NCBI RefSeq assembly: GCF_004010195.1
Contig: NC_057733.1
Coordinates: 13,242,586 to 13,306,585 of the forward strand
Reading direction: 5' to 3'
DNA: 64,000 nt
From: Chiloscyllium plagiosum
Lineage: Eukaryota
This document shows, piece after piece, positions 51,701 to 64,000 of this stretch. The position numbers were made by a program, and so were the translations under genes. Below the pieces are notes generated by a model. The model was not told the origin of the DNA, did not search any database, and worked only from the letters and a program-made list of their open reading frames with translations. How positions within the stretch are numbered: position 1 is the stretch's first letter; each line of letters begins with the position of its first letter.

Positions 51701-51864
51701 TTTAATCAAAGCATAAATTTCAAACAAAAATATTCTCTATTTTTCTTTCCTGCTGGTTCTGATGACCCAATTCCACAGCAGCTAACTGATCTCTGGTACC
51801 TCAGCCAAGTAGCTATTCCAATGCAATGAGTGTCTGTAAGCTACCTTCACAAGGGCTGAACATG

Positions 51865-52340
51865 GAAATAGAACAATACAGCACAGGAAGAGCCCCTTCG
51901 GCCCATCATGTCTGTGCTGATCTTGATGCCATTCTAAACTAATCCCATCTGCCTGCACATGGTCCGTTTCCCTCTATTCCCTGCCTATTCATGTGTCTGC
52001 CTAAATGCCTCTCAAATGCTGCTTTTGTATCTGCTTCCAACATCTACCCTGACAGCATGTTCTAGGCACCTATACCCTCTGTGAAAAAAACGCACCTCTC
52101 CTTTAAATATTCCCCCTCCTACCTTAAACCAAAGCCCCCTAGTATTTGACACTTACACCCTTAGGAAAAATAACTTGGACTATCCACCCTATTCCTGCCT
52201 GTCATAACTTTATACACTTCTTTCAGGTCACCCCCTCAGCCTCCGATGGTCTAACGAAAACAATCCAAGTTTGTTCAACCTCTCCTTAGAGTTACTAAGC
52301 TCCAATCCAAGCAACATCCTGGTAAACCTCTTTTACACCC
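51865..52340 (-). mobile_element. CR1/HER1 3' fragment
   Basis: Antisense 3' end AGAACAATACAGCACAGGAA...CCCCTCAGCCTCC...AACATCCTGGTAAACCTC. Confidence 0.75.
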
Positions 52341-53019
52341 ATTGTAATAACTTTGTACTCACTTGTAGCCACACATAGCATCAACTGTGTGCTTTTATAT
52401 TCCACCTTTAAAGTTCATAGAGTCAAAACCAGGACAAAATTCAGCAGTTCGTTACATGAAGAGATATTTGAAAAGGTGAGTAAAAGATTGGACAGAGAAG
52501 TAGATAATGTCTTACAAGAAGGAGAAGAAGCTAGAGAGATTTAAGGGAATCCTAGAGGTTAGATCCCAGGCAGCTAAAGGACATACTCACAATGGGAGCT
52601 GGTGGAAAATGGGATGCACAAAAGGCCAGAGATGGAGAAACAATGATGCTTCTAGATTCAGAGGAGCTACAAAGAAAGACCATGGAGGGATTGTAGCAAA
52701 CTGGTGAGATATTAACATTTCGGCATTGTTGGGCTGGGATGTAATAAAGGTCAGTGAGGGCAGGCTGATGGTGAATTAGATTCAGTGTGCATTTAGGATG
52801 TAGGCAGCAACAGAGTTTAATGTGAAATTAAGTTTACAAAGCCTGGGGAATGGGAGGGTAGACAGGGGATGATAGAAGTGAGTGAGTTTGAGGGTGACAA
52901 CAGTGTTGATAAGGGTTTCAGATCTTTGCAGCTATAATTCTTGGGACTATGAGTTGGAGAAAGAACCCCAGCCCATTCCTCCTCTCCATCTGTCCGCTCC
53001 ATATAAAAGCATGGCATAA

Positions 53020-53460
53020 AAAAGCAAAGAGGTTACCTTCAACTGAATGAAACACTGGTTAAATCAGAAATGGAGCACTATATGCAGTTCTGGTCACGGC
53101 ATTATAAGAAGGATATGATTGCACTAGAGAGAGTGGGATCAGAGGAGATTTACTAGGATGCTGCCTGGGTTGGATGGTCTGATGTATGAGGAAAGATTAG
53201 AGAGGCTGGGGTTATTATCTTAGAACAGCAGAGGTTGACAGGAGACCTAATAGAAGTGAATACTTTTATGAAGGGTATTTGTCCATTGGTAGAGGGCAGA
53301 GATTGAAGTTAAAAGGTAGAAGGTTAAAAGCAGGGTTGAGCTGAGGTTTCTTCATCAAAAGGGTGGTAGGAGCCTGATAGTATGGTTGAATCTCCCAATT
53401 TAATTTAAACACTATTTAGATATTCACCTGCATTGCCTTAGCCTCCACGGCTATGGGTGA
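53020..53460 (+). mobile_element. Decayed CR1 fragment
   Basis: GCAGTTCTGGTCAC...AGGAGATTTACTAGGATGCTGCCTGG...GGAGACCTAATAGAAGT. Confidence 0.7.
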
Positions 53461-54242
53461 AAGATGGAAAAAGAGAATAATGTAATATAAAGATCATATC
53501 TTTTCATTTTACTATATTTTGATTGTGATCTAAAATGGAAAAAAACATTTATTAAAACCAAGGGCGGTGTAAAGGATTGCGATACTTTTCCAAAGTAAGC
53601 TACCGAACACTTATTGTCAGTGCTGTTTGTTCAGGCTGGCAGGACGGAGTGCGGTGTCTATTTGCACATAGGTACATGGTTGTATACTTCTGATGATGCT
53701 CAGTGTTCACCATCACAACTATGAAACTGACAGCATTCTCGGGTAACTACACACCAAAGGGTGTCGGTGAATGGAGATTTGGCCAGCAACATGTAGCTGA
53801 CTGGTCTGGGGAGTGGTGTCCCCTTGTTAATGACAAAGGCCTTCTGGTTGACAACAACTTTGCAATTGACTCCCAGGTAGTTGAAGAGCTTGTGGGTGTT
53901 CATGTTTGGATAGAAGCCACCAGACTTCCAGCAAGGTAGGAGTTGTCCTTTCTCTCTGCAGGAAAAAAAACACCTCAAGCCGGAAGTAAGCCAGTTTATT
54001 TTCCCTCATCAGTCGCTGTAAGCTGTGGCTTATAAGTGTGAATCAATCACTCTCTGTTTCTTGCAAACATGTGAATGTACCTGGAGAAGGAATTTCAAGG
54101 AGCAGCAAATGCTGACAAGCCAAATTGAGCATCACAGCAAAGTCTGTGGACATTGATCAGCCTCCCCAGTCTGTTCCTCCACCCATGATACCCATTTACT
54201 TGTGTCTGTCTGTACCTGTGAGTAGGGGTGTTTTATAAGAGA

Positions 54243-55140
54243 TGGAAATGTGTTGCTGGAAAAGCGCAGCAGGTCAGGCAGCATCTAGGGAACAGGAGAA
54301 TCGACGTTTCGGGCATTAGCCCTTCTTCAGGAATGAGGAAAGTTGGTCCAGCAGGCTAAGATAAAAGATAGGGAGGAGGGACTTGGGGGAGGGGCATCGG
54401 AAATCACTTACCCCTCAATTTAAAGCTATGTCCCCTCGTGCGAGCCATCACCACCCGTACTTTGGCAGAAAGACCTTAGATAGTGATTTCTCCACATAGA
54501 TTGTGCTGGACCTGCTGAGTTTCTCCAGCTTGGTTGTTCCGGTGGGTTTGTTGCAAGAAAGAAAACATTGTGCATTTCCATAGCACCCTCGCTGCCACCA
54601 GACACCTCAAAGCACTTTATAGCCACTGCAGTACACTCTGAAGCCGAGCCCCCGCTGTGAGGTAGGGAACACAGCAACCAATCTACACACAGGAAAGTTC
54701 CTGGAAACAGCAATGTGCCTATGATCAGATTATCTGATATCAGTTGAGGGATAAATATTGATCAGGATACAGCAGGGAATTGGCCAGTTCCTCTTCGAAA
54801 CAGAGCCGGCCGAAGGAGGGGGCAATCTGACGGGGGAGTCACGGAGGGAGTGGTCTTTACGGAATGCTGGTAGGGGAGGGGAGGGAAATATATCCTTGGT
54901 GGTGGGGTCCGTTTGGAGGTGGCGGAAATGGCGGCGGATGATGCGCTGTACATGGAGGTTAGTGGGGTGGTAGGTGAGGGCCAGTGGGGTTCTGTCCTGT
55001 TGGCGGTTGGAGGGGCGGGGTTCAAGGGCGGAGGATCGGGAAGTGGAAGAGATGTGGTGGAGGGCATCGTTGACCACGTCGGGGGGGAAATTGCGGTCCT
55101 TGAAGAAGGAGGCCATCTGGGATGTGCGTTTTTGGAACTG
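54243..55140 (-). mobile_element. Penelope-like fragments (terminal repeat 54243-54405; RT thumb fragment 54815-55140) interleaved with a SINE remnant
   Basis: MASFFKDRNFPPDVV...PLALTYHP...FRKDHSLRDS on minus; hammerhead core CTGAAGA-A-GGGC-TAAT-GCCC-GAAA-CGTC at 54330-54303. Confidence 0.8.
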
Positions 55141-57592
55141 GTTTTTGGAACCTGTTTTATAAGAGGGTTAGCGTTTTATTTAGTAGAGTTATATGTCAAC
55201 AGTACATAATTGTTCATCTCTCATCAGCGTTCCCTCTAATATTCTTTCCAACTGCATGGGCCTCCAAGATCCAAGTGTGGCAGCAAATTCCAAACCAAAT
55301 GTCAATGCCGAGATCAATGTGCTGACACATCATCATACACAAACCTTAATGTGCAGTTTAGAGGGACATATTGCAGCCATAAACTATTTGGTTGCAATAA
55401 ATAATGACCATTGTTCGGCACAGAACCTGGCTCCTGCTTTCTGTCAACCTGGGTCTGAAAGAAAAATAAACTGAAGGATTTTGCAAACTTTAATAAAATC
55501 TTTAACTTCTGTGATGTTTTAATGTGCTATCCTAATGTAGTTAGATCTTTTTTGAGTGGTAGATGCGATGGCTGGCCACACCCAGCCAGGCTGCTTCTAT
55601 TGTTCCAACTTTTAAAAAATCTTTGAAGGCCTCCCAAGTTGTTTACTTTATGGGCCTTCACTAGCCAGCTTGGTGCCTCTGTCTTAAAACCTCACTACAA
55701 AACAAAGGATAAAAACACACCCCTTAAAGCCATAGCATTGTCACAATTGAGACCCTAAATGGAAAAAGAGAAAGGCAAACAGGTTTAGGGAGAAAATTCC
55801 AGATTGTAAGATCTAGGAAGCTGCAAGTACAAGCCAGCTATGAGATAACAATTAATATGATAGAAGCACAAGAAATTCATGATCACCATATTCAGTGGAG
55901 CAAAAGGAATGATTGACAGCAACTTGTGGATTTCGATGTTAAATTGAGTATGTGCCGTTACCTGAGGATGCTGTCAGTTTCAGTTGTGGTGATGATGAAC
56001 ACCAAGCATCATCATAAATAACCACAAAATCCTTTTGCAGAATGACAAATATAACAGAGAGCTCTTCCCTGAAGATTTACCAATTACCTTTGACAATAAG
56101 CATCTCTTTAAACTCATTCCCTACAAAATAAGTTTCTATTTTTATTTGTTTTTCCAAGTATGATTACAGATGACGGGACTACTGGATGAGGCAGACCCCA
56201 ACATGAATCATGATTTGATAAATCATAAGTTTGATTGTTTTTGGTTTCTAGTTCCTTAACATGGTGGTTAGTTACAACATGGGGCTGCAGATGTTCTTTA
56301 ATCACAGAATGTAAGCTTTGTACACAAAAGAAAGAAACCCAACAAACCAGCACTAAATATAGTAAAGAGATCTTAACTCAAACATTAAAATGAAATGTCT
56401 CCAACACCATGCATTACACTGGCTCAAGTCAACAGAAATTATACTCCTGTATCTTTATTAAAATTTTTACTTAACATGCTTCTTCTACTTTCTTTTTCAT
56501 GAACTGTAGAAACAATTCCTCTCAGAGTCTGGCATAACATTTTCACAATACCGATAGGCTGTTTTTGTCCCAACTTTAATAGGAAGATTTAGATCTCAAA
56601 CTCCTTGGCTTAGAAGTTTCACAAAAACACTATTGCTCCAGTGATTGTTTCCAATGAATTGAACAAACAGAAAACCTTTTCTCATGGGAACTAAGCTCTT
56701 TGTTTTCTTCTAAACTGTAGTCACAACCACTAATGGCTTTGACCTGTGTATCTGTCATAAATTAAAAAGTAGAAAGATCTTGTCCTTTATCACCCAGGGC
56801 TCTACCAGTCTCTTGACTCAAGTGGTACATCTTCTTGAAACGGGTCAGTGTTCAAGAAACACTTTCTGACTGTTTAAAAAGACCTTTCCCAGCAAAATCC
56901 ACATCTGTTTGTCTCTAGTTCCAAATCAATAACAATATTAATAATATAATTATACATTAAACTTGTTTCATCACAAAAGAACAACAAATTACATTTATAC
57001 AGCACATTTAACAGAGTAAACAATCATTTAGTCATTTCATGTTGCCATTACATTTATAAGACATCAGGTCAGATCAAGAAGATAGCCAGGTCAGACGATC
57101 GAGAGTTTGGCCAGAATGAGATGCAAAGGCGCGAAAAGAGAATTGCAGAGCCTGGGGGCTATCTCAACTGAAAATGTGGCCAACAGCAATCATAATCAGG
57201 AATGCACAGCAACAGGTCACACTTGGATGCAATACTTTATTTCAAATATGAAATACTCTCATTTGGCCTGATGCAGTTTTCTAGTTACAGCCTGGTCTGG
57301 GGGTAGCCTCAAAGAAGTTGGAATTATTCACAGAGTGAAGGAAATTGACCAACAGCTTGGTCACTAGCGAACTCCTCCATGCATTTCAGTGGACAGAGAA
57401 AGTCGGAGGGCTTTTCTTTAAAAATCTCTCCCCGATCAGTACAATGTAAACAGAAGTTAAGGCAAGTGCCAAGAATCCGAAGGGCTTTCCTAATCGTGGA
57501 GTTGGGGCTTTGTCATGCCGACCTGCTCCCTCGGGTGTTGGGGTAAGGTTTCTTGTCCCGCAGACTTGCAAGGAATGAGAGATGGCACTGAC

Positions 57593-57712
57593 CTGCACGT
57601 AGGCGGCGAGCGCGAAAAAGAAAGCCATGCAGAAATTGCAGGCTCTCCAGAAGAGGAGACAGAGCGGGGCAGGGATCGCTCTCTGGAGAACTGCCTGCGA
57701 TTTCACTGCCAT
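57593..57712 (-). CDS. TMEM220: TMEM220 coding exon 1
   Basis: MAVKSQAVLQRAIPAPLCLLFWRACNFCMAFFFALAAYVQ|gtcagt; matches the TMEM220 N-terminal WRACN..MA.FFALAA.VQ motif; 120 nt, phase 0; CpG-rich surroundings. Confidence 0.9.
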
Positions 57713-57960
57713 GTTCCTTCCGCTTCCTATTTCTCCTGAGAAACGAATCTGGGAGGCCTAACGTGCGGAGTGGGCGAACCACCCCTTACGCTTTACGTGT
57801 GCTCTGGAGAACCGGACCTGAATTCCCCCTTGTTCGTGCGGCAGCTTTCTGCCAAAACAGAGGACTCCGTGGAAATTCGCATCAGCAACTCCAAAGCAGG
57901 CTGCAAAAACTGTCTTTCAATGACAGTGCAAGTTGAGAAATGGGTCGGAGCCAGCGAAAC
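57713..57960 (-). promoter_or_regulatory. TMEM220 5' UTR / proximal promoter
   Basis: Moderately CpG-enriched region immediately upstream of the ATG, with an ETS-like GCGGAAG motif on the minus strand. Confidence 0.4.
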
Positions 57961-58496
57961 CAGTAGAACCTATTTTGCAGAATCAAAACTCAAACACACA
58001 TTATCCTAACCTGACCCAGACTGATTTTTTAAAAAACTATTTTGTGGTTAAAGTGACCCCTTGACATTCAGACAACTGTTTGTCAGTGCATAATTTAAAG
58101 GTGGTTTTGTTTAAGAAATCTTTAAAGTTTCTGATTTTTAATACTGTCTAAATGACATGCTCTCACTCCTCCCTGACTCTGCAATCGCCTCCAGACCTAC
58201 AATCCACCAAAACTTCTGCTGCACCCCTAGCTGCAGGCCGCTTCAGAGTCTCCAGTTTGAATTCCTCCGTCAGCGGCACTATGTCGTCAGTTGCCTGGGC
58301 TCCCAGTGCTAGAATTTCCTCCCCACTCCCCTTGTTTCAGACACTCCTTGAGACAGAGATATACAGCACGGAGACAGACTCTTCCATTCCGACCAGATGT
58401 CCTAAATAAATGTAGTCCCATTTGCCAGCACTTGGCCCACATCCCTCTGAACCGTTCCTCTTCATGTACCCATCCAGGTGCCTTTTAAATGGTATA

Positions 58497-59118
58497 CAGA
58501 GGAACCTTGATTATCCGAACGAGATGTGCAGACACTATTTCATTCGGTTAATTGATTATTCAGTTAATGGATTTCAATGCCTTTCCTCTGGTGCTCAGAG
58601 TTTTCTAATAAGTCTGCTCCCTGTTCAGGAGACTAGTAGCAGCACACTGCGCACGGAAGTGCTCGCCTGCCCGCAACACCACCTCCGCCTCTCCAAGGCA
58701 GCTGGACTAGACACCAACAAGGCTGCTACTGCTACTGCTGCCTGTTGGGGGTGACTCTCCAAATAGTTCATGCGCACGCACACGCACACAAAACATTTTG
58801 ACAGGTTCCACCTTTGCCCTATACAGGACAATGTTGGAGAGATTATCTGGGGAAGGAGGGTTTAGGGTACACTCCTGTGTAGAACTTCAGGGAAAGTGTG
58901 GGAAGAGAGAGGAGGTGGGAGGTCAGTCATTTAGAGACGGTGCCTGCGTTCCCATCAGTCCTGGGCTGATCATTGTAAACTTCTAATCATTGTAAACAAA
59001 AGATGCGATCAGTGTTGGACACATGGCTTTGATGTAATGTTTCTGTTGGGACGTCGAGATCTCCTTCGGATAATCCGATTTTCAGATAATTAGTATTTGG
59101 ATAATCGAGGTTCCCCTG
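58497..59118. mobile_element. Tigger/pogo-like non-autonomous DNA transposon, 622 bp
   Basis: TIRs CAGAGGAACCTTGATTATCCGAA and TTTGGATAATCGAGGTTCCCCTG; TA on both flanks; splits a CR1 3' segment. Confidence 0.85.
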
Positions 59119-59575
59119 TAATTGTACCTGTCTCTACCACCTCCTCTGGCAACCCATTTCATATATGCACCCTCCTCTGTGTGGAAAAGTTGCCCCTTAG
59201 GTCCCTTTTAAATCTTTCCCCTCTCAAACTTATCCCCTCTAGTTTTGGACTGCCTTGCCCTGGGAAAAAGACCTTGGTTATTCACGCTATCCAAGCCTAT
59301 CATGATTTTATAAACGTCTAAAAGGTCACCCCTCAGCCTCTGATGCGCCAAGGAAAATAGCCCCAGCCTATTCAGCCTCTTCTGATAGCTCATACCTTCC
59401 AAACCCAGCAACATCCTTGTAAATCTTTTCTGAACTGTCACAAGTTTAATAACATATTTCCTATAGTAGGAAGACAAGAATTGAATGCAACATCTCAAAA
59501 CTGGCTGAAACAATATCCTGTACAATCACAACATGACTACCCAAATCCTATACTCAATGCACTGACCAATAAAGG

Positions 59576-60306
59576 TGTGAGAAACGAAGCTCACTCACTT
59601 CAATAACTTCAGTCTGAGACAAGATCTGAAGCAGTAGTATTGTTTATTACGCTCTTGCAAGAGGGGTGTGGTGTCTATTTAAAAGGTAGTCACACACACA
59701 CCGAGTTTAACAAGTAACACAATATTTATGTAATTCATTTCTCTTCCCTCCCCCCATTGCTCCTTTCCCACTACTCTAAGCATGACGCCCACTACTCTTG
59801 TTTATCTCTGAACTCATCCGGCCTTGTCCATGACAAAATGTTTATCTCTGGCCTCACAAGGCCGTTTGACCACATCCCTCTGTGGTCCTATTGTTATATA
59901 TCCTTCTTCACTATCATCTGTTCCCCTTGCTTTCCAAAACAACATTTCCTTTTATTCTTTGCTTATACTGGGCCTTATGACCTCTTGATTGTGTTTTGTT
60001 CTTGTTTTTGCAGAAGCGGGAAACAGATGCTTATAACTACTGTTTGTACAGGCATATCCAGCTTAACCCCCTGCCCTCACAGCACCTTATCTATTTGTCT
60101 GTAACATCTACCATTGTTTGCAGGCACATTTCATTCTTGTATGCACATTTTAGCTAATACAAAAACAATTATATATTTCCTTCACATAGTTTTCATTCTT
60201 GTTAACTCAGCTCTTGGCTGAAATAATTATACACTGGTGTGAGTTCATTTACCTTGCATACGCAATTATGATTGCAGAAGTAACACTGTTTTACCAATAT
60301 CCCACA
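59576..60306 (-). mobile_element. Solo LTR (731 bp) of an ERV or LTR retrotransposon
   Basis: Starts TGTGAGA and ends TCCCACA (TG...CA, short inverted termini); 4-bp TSD AAGG at 59572-75 and 60307-10. Removing it restores CR1 CCAATAAAGGCAAGCATACC. Minus-strand TATA-like (59684-59676) precedes AATAAA (59648-59643). Confidence 0.8.
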
Positions 60307-60934
60307 AAGGCAAGCATACCAAATGCCTTCTTCACTAAACCTGATAACCATAAACTCCAATTTCAAGGAAAGATGAACCTGCATCCCAAGGTCTCTTTGT
60401 TCAGCAACACTCCTCAGAACCATAGTCCATATCAAAATGCAACACCTCACATTTATCTAAATTAAACTTCATCTGCCACTTCTGGCCCATGGGCCATCTG
60501 ATCAAGGTCCTGTTGCACTCTGAGATAATCTTCTTTACTGTCCACTTCACCACCAATTTCAGTGTTATCTGCAAACTTACTAACCATTCCTCCTACATTC
60601 ACATCCAAATCATTTATATAAATGACAAAAAGCGGTGAACCCAGCACCGAGCCTTGCAGTACACCACTGGTCACAGGCCTCCAGTCCGAAAAGCAACTAT
60701 CCACCACCACCCTCTGTCTTCTACCCTTAAGCCGAGTTTGTATTGGAATGGCTAGTCCTTCCTAGATCTCTTTCGACCAACTCCTAGTCTACTATTTCCT
60801 TGTGTGGCTTGGTGATATATTTTTGTTTTCTTCTTCTCCTGCGAAGCACCATGCAATATTTTAATTTGAACAGATATTCAGTAGCCCTGAATTTGACTGT
60901 TGCTGAACAAAGATAATTTCTGCTAAAGCTTTTA

Positions 60935-61270
60935 TTTAAGGTATATAAAACTCTGAGAGACATGGATAGGTTGGGTTGCCAGAGTCTTTTTCCCAGGCTG
61001 GAAATACTAGGTGTAAGAAGTTTAAGGGAGATGGGTGAGGAACGTTTTGTACACAGAGGGTGGTGGGTGCCTGGAACACACTGCCAAGCAAATGGTAGTA
61101 GCAGATATGATGTAAGAGGATTTAGACAGACACATGTAGAGGCAGGAAATAGAGGGATTATGGACCGCGTGCAGATGGATGGGATTAGCTTAGAATGGTA
61201 TCATGGTCAGCACAGACATGGTGGGTGGAATGGCCTGTTCCTGTGCTGTATTGTTCTGTGTTCTATGTTC
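60935..61270 (+). mobile_element. CR1/HER1 3' fragment
   Basis: GAGGGTGGTGGGTGCCTGGAAC...GGCCTGTTCCTGTGCTGTATTGTTCTGTGTTCTATGTTCTA tail. Confidence 0.75.
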
Positions 61271-64000
61271 TACATTTATCAGGACAATATGCAAGAACAC
61301 AAACTTAAAGGGAAAATGAACCTTTATACTGTATGAGAAGAGAGTGCCAATTGATTGACAAGTGAACTTTGATTGGTAAAGGCATTGCCACAGAGGTTGA
61401 GAGTTATCTAGCAGGTTTTGTTTAAATTTTAAACCAGGCAAGTTGACTGATTGGATAGGGCCTTGTCCAGAGAAATGAAGCAGCAAATAGCGTCAATTAT
61501 TTTGTTGAACTGAAACTGGCACAACTTGTGTAATGTTCACTCTGTTTCCGAAGACCAGGCCTTGTATATTAAAAATGTCATTTTTGGTACATGCAAATGT
61601 GCTGCATTAAAAGCTTGACTTACAATCCTAAATTAATTGTCAGTGTAATACTTTGCTCACACAGCACATCCAGCAAATGCTACTGAAATACAGTAACACA
61701 TCAAATGTTGACCACTGTGTTGGAGATTTTGCAACCATAGACTGGTTGGATATTTGTGAACAACCAAAGGGGTATGCTATTTAATGTGATCCCCTAATCC
61801 TTGGGATATTTGGTTACATATCCAGCTTCGCCTGGTACTGAAACTCATATACCAAGTTACTCATTGTGTGATAGGCAGAACATGTATTTGCTTGAGAGCA
61901 GCATCCTGTTGATGGTGAAGGCTATGTGTGTTGCTGTTGCATAGTAGCTCCCTTCACCTGTTGCTCAAACCTCTGAGATACCTTTCCCATCCAGGATAAT
62001 TTCAGACAGATTTTTCAGCACCTTGAGTAAACACCTTCATAAACGTACTCGATTTGTATCAAGAAGTGAACAGATTAGATTAGCCATTAATGTGCTGGGA
62101 GCTTTGATACATCATATTGCAGCATCATGTTTGTAGGGTGAACAAATAGCTTAAGCAGTATGTATGAGGCTGCTGATAAAGCTAATTTTATGTTATTTCA
62201 TTTTGTTAAAGGAATCACACAAATATAGTTGTTGTAACACCGTTCATATTATTTATTCCACAAAGTTTGCTTCCTGCTATTCAGTAAGTTATCAGTACTT
62301 TATTATGTTTGTTGGTTTATTCAGTCAAATCTTACACTAAGGTTGATGTTTTCTTGGGTCTATTATAACCCAGTCAGTTGCAAAGTTATGTTCAGCAGAT
62401 GGAACGGGCTTGAGATCTTTGTAAATCTGCAAGAAGAAACAAAAGACGTGGGTAGAAAACAGGAAACTCCACACAAGTTACAGATATTTACAACCCTTTT
62501 GGTCATCAGCTGTTTCAGTGTCAAGAACACAGTCCTCTTCATTCAAGGCTACAAAGTGACTTTATAAAGAGCTTCCAGTGACTTTCAAAAAGCTGTTTCT
62601 AATTGCAATTCAGCTACAAATGTTCTGTTTTGACACAGAAATGATAAAGATTATTAGATGATATGATTGTATATTTGGAGCATGATGTTGAAATTGGTCA
62701 CAGCGAATTGCCAGGAATGGGAATTTATATTCATTTTGCTTCTGCTGAGCTTTTCACCAGTAGATGGCATAGATGCATATTATTTTATATTTGTTTGCAG
62801 TAATTTAAAAATAATATAAAATATTACTCTTACAAAAGGAAATCACTTCAATTAGAAACCAGAGCAGTTGAGTTACTGCCAAAGTCAACTACAAGAAACC
62901 GTTAACTGCAACTCTATGAAGCTATGTAGCCAACAATTAAAGATGATGGTTTTATCATTAAAATTGTCACATTTGCCTGCTCCCCTTACAGTGTACAGTT
63001 ATAGTTATTATATTGTTTAAGTATAGCTGCTACGGAACTAACCATTCCAGATTTCTCTCTCCTGCCTCCCATCTGTTCCAACAGACAGCTGAAGAAATAA
63101 GAGTCCTATAAAATACTTTTGGAATCTGCTGCTGATATTTAATTAAAGGTAAGTAATTCAGATTTATAAATTCAAATTGTGAATATCCCTTAGTAAGTGA
63201 ATCCAGTATCCAATGCATCTTGTTTAAGAATGATTACTGTTGATCCTATTTTGAATCCAATTGTATTTACAAAGGAGAGAGAGAGTCCAGCCTGCCCTTT
63301 GCAGTGGGACAACAATATTTTCCAATCAACCTGTTCAGATGCACTTTGACACAGTTTTGGGGCAAGTAGGATTTAAACCCAGAAACTTCTAGTCCAGAGG
63401 CAAGGATACCATTGTTCCATCACAAAACATCCTATTGTGCAGTGTTAATAGCAATGAAACTGTCAGCATTCGCTAAAATTACTCCAACGAAACTGCAAAG
63501 GTCTCCTGGAATTTGCATGTGAGCAGAATAACTTGGATATTCAGTTATGCTATACTTTTCCAGACTGTTGAGACAATGCCACACCCCTATTTACCCCACA
63601 CAGGCAACAATCAGTGAAAATCCATTGAATCAATGATTTTTTTTTTCCATTTTTTACACTGTTAGTCTCACTGTGAGAACCCACAAAAGTTATACCCTGT
63701 TATTCAAGGGCACAACTGGGTTTTTAACAGCATTTTACATTCAAGGTACTTTTATATTGTGAAATGTCATTCATTTCCCCCCAACCCCCCTGGAATAAAA
63801 TTACTTCCACATTAATAAAATAAAAATCAAACATTCCTAGTCAACTCTACCATATCCAATCTATTATTTATTTAGCTTCTGGGAAATTGAAACTAAGAGT
63901 GGAGAATATTCCCTATTGTAGCTATGTGGACTCTTAGAGCAACTTAAAACACTCTGGACAGCCTTTGCTGTATTGGTGGTACTGTTGTCTTTGATTTGGA

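Larger units (their letters stand above)
58350..60760 (-). mobile_element. CR1/HER1 LINE remnant interrupted by two nested insertions
   Basis: WRPVTSGVLQGSVLG...YINDLD...SKFADNT (60462-60710); QKRFTRML...RLRGDL (59208-59525); 3' end at ~58350-58495. Confidence 0.9.

Noticed and set aside
53691-53731. C/D box snoRNA (TGATGA...CTGA)
   Set aside because: The boxes are only ~40 nt apart, there is no convincing terminal stem, and it is antisense to the host intron.
61300-64000. Next syntenic gene (TMEM238L/PIRT-like) at the right end
   Set aside because: No recognisable exon or ORF found; AT-rich intergenic sequence with decayed repeats.

Overview
Vertebrate genomic DNA, most likely from a shark: it is AT-rich and dense with HE1-type tRNA-derived SINEs, CR1/HER1 LINE remnants and Penelope-like elements. 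The window is the conserved SCO1-ADPRM-TMEM220 neighbourhood. It holds a probable first coding exon of SCO1 (minus strand, left edge), two complete tandem ADPRM genes on the plus strand (copy A 343 aa, copy B 337 aa, three coding exons each with identical intron phases), and a complete 6-exon TMEM220 (minus strand, 174 aa) convergent on copy B. Main finding: copy A has the ordinary substrate pocket (Tyr/Leu/Cys at human positions 37/196/253). Copy B keeps every metal-binding and catalytic residue but has Gly/Phe/Gly at those positions. As I recall it, this closely matches the engineered human mutant F37A+L196F+C253G, which shifts ADPRibase-Mn toward cyclic ADP-ribose. Copy B is therefore a candidate natural cADPR phosphohydrolase, or at least a neofunctionalised paralog. 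Secondary observations: Penelope-derived hairpin insertions with minimal hammerhead ribozyme cores, a solo LTR and a MITE nested in a CR1 upstream of TMEM220, and short uORFs before both ADPRM start codons. Exon boundaries were read by hand, repeat boundaries are approximate, and no database search was run.
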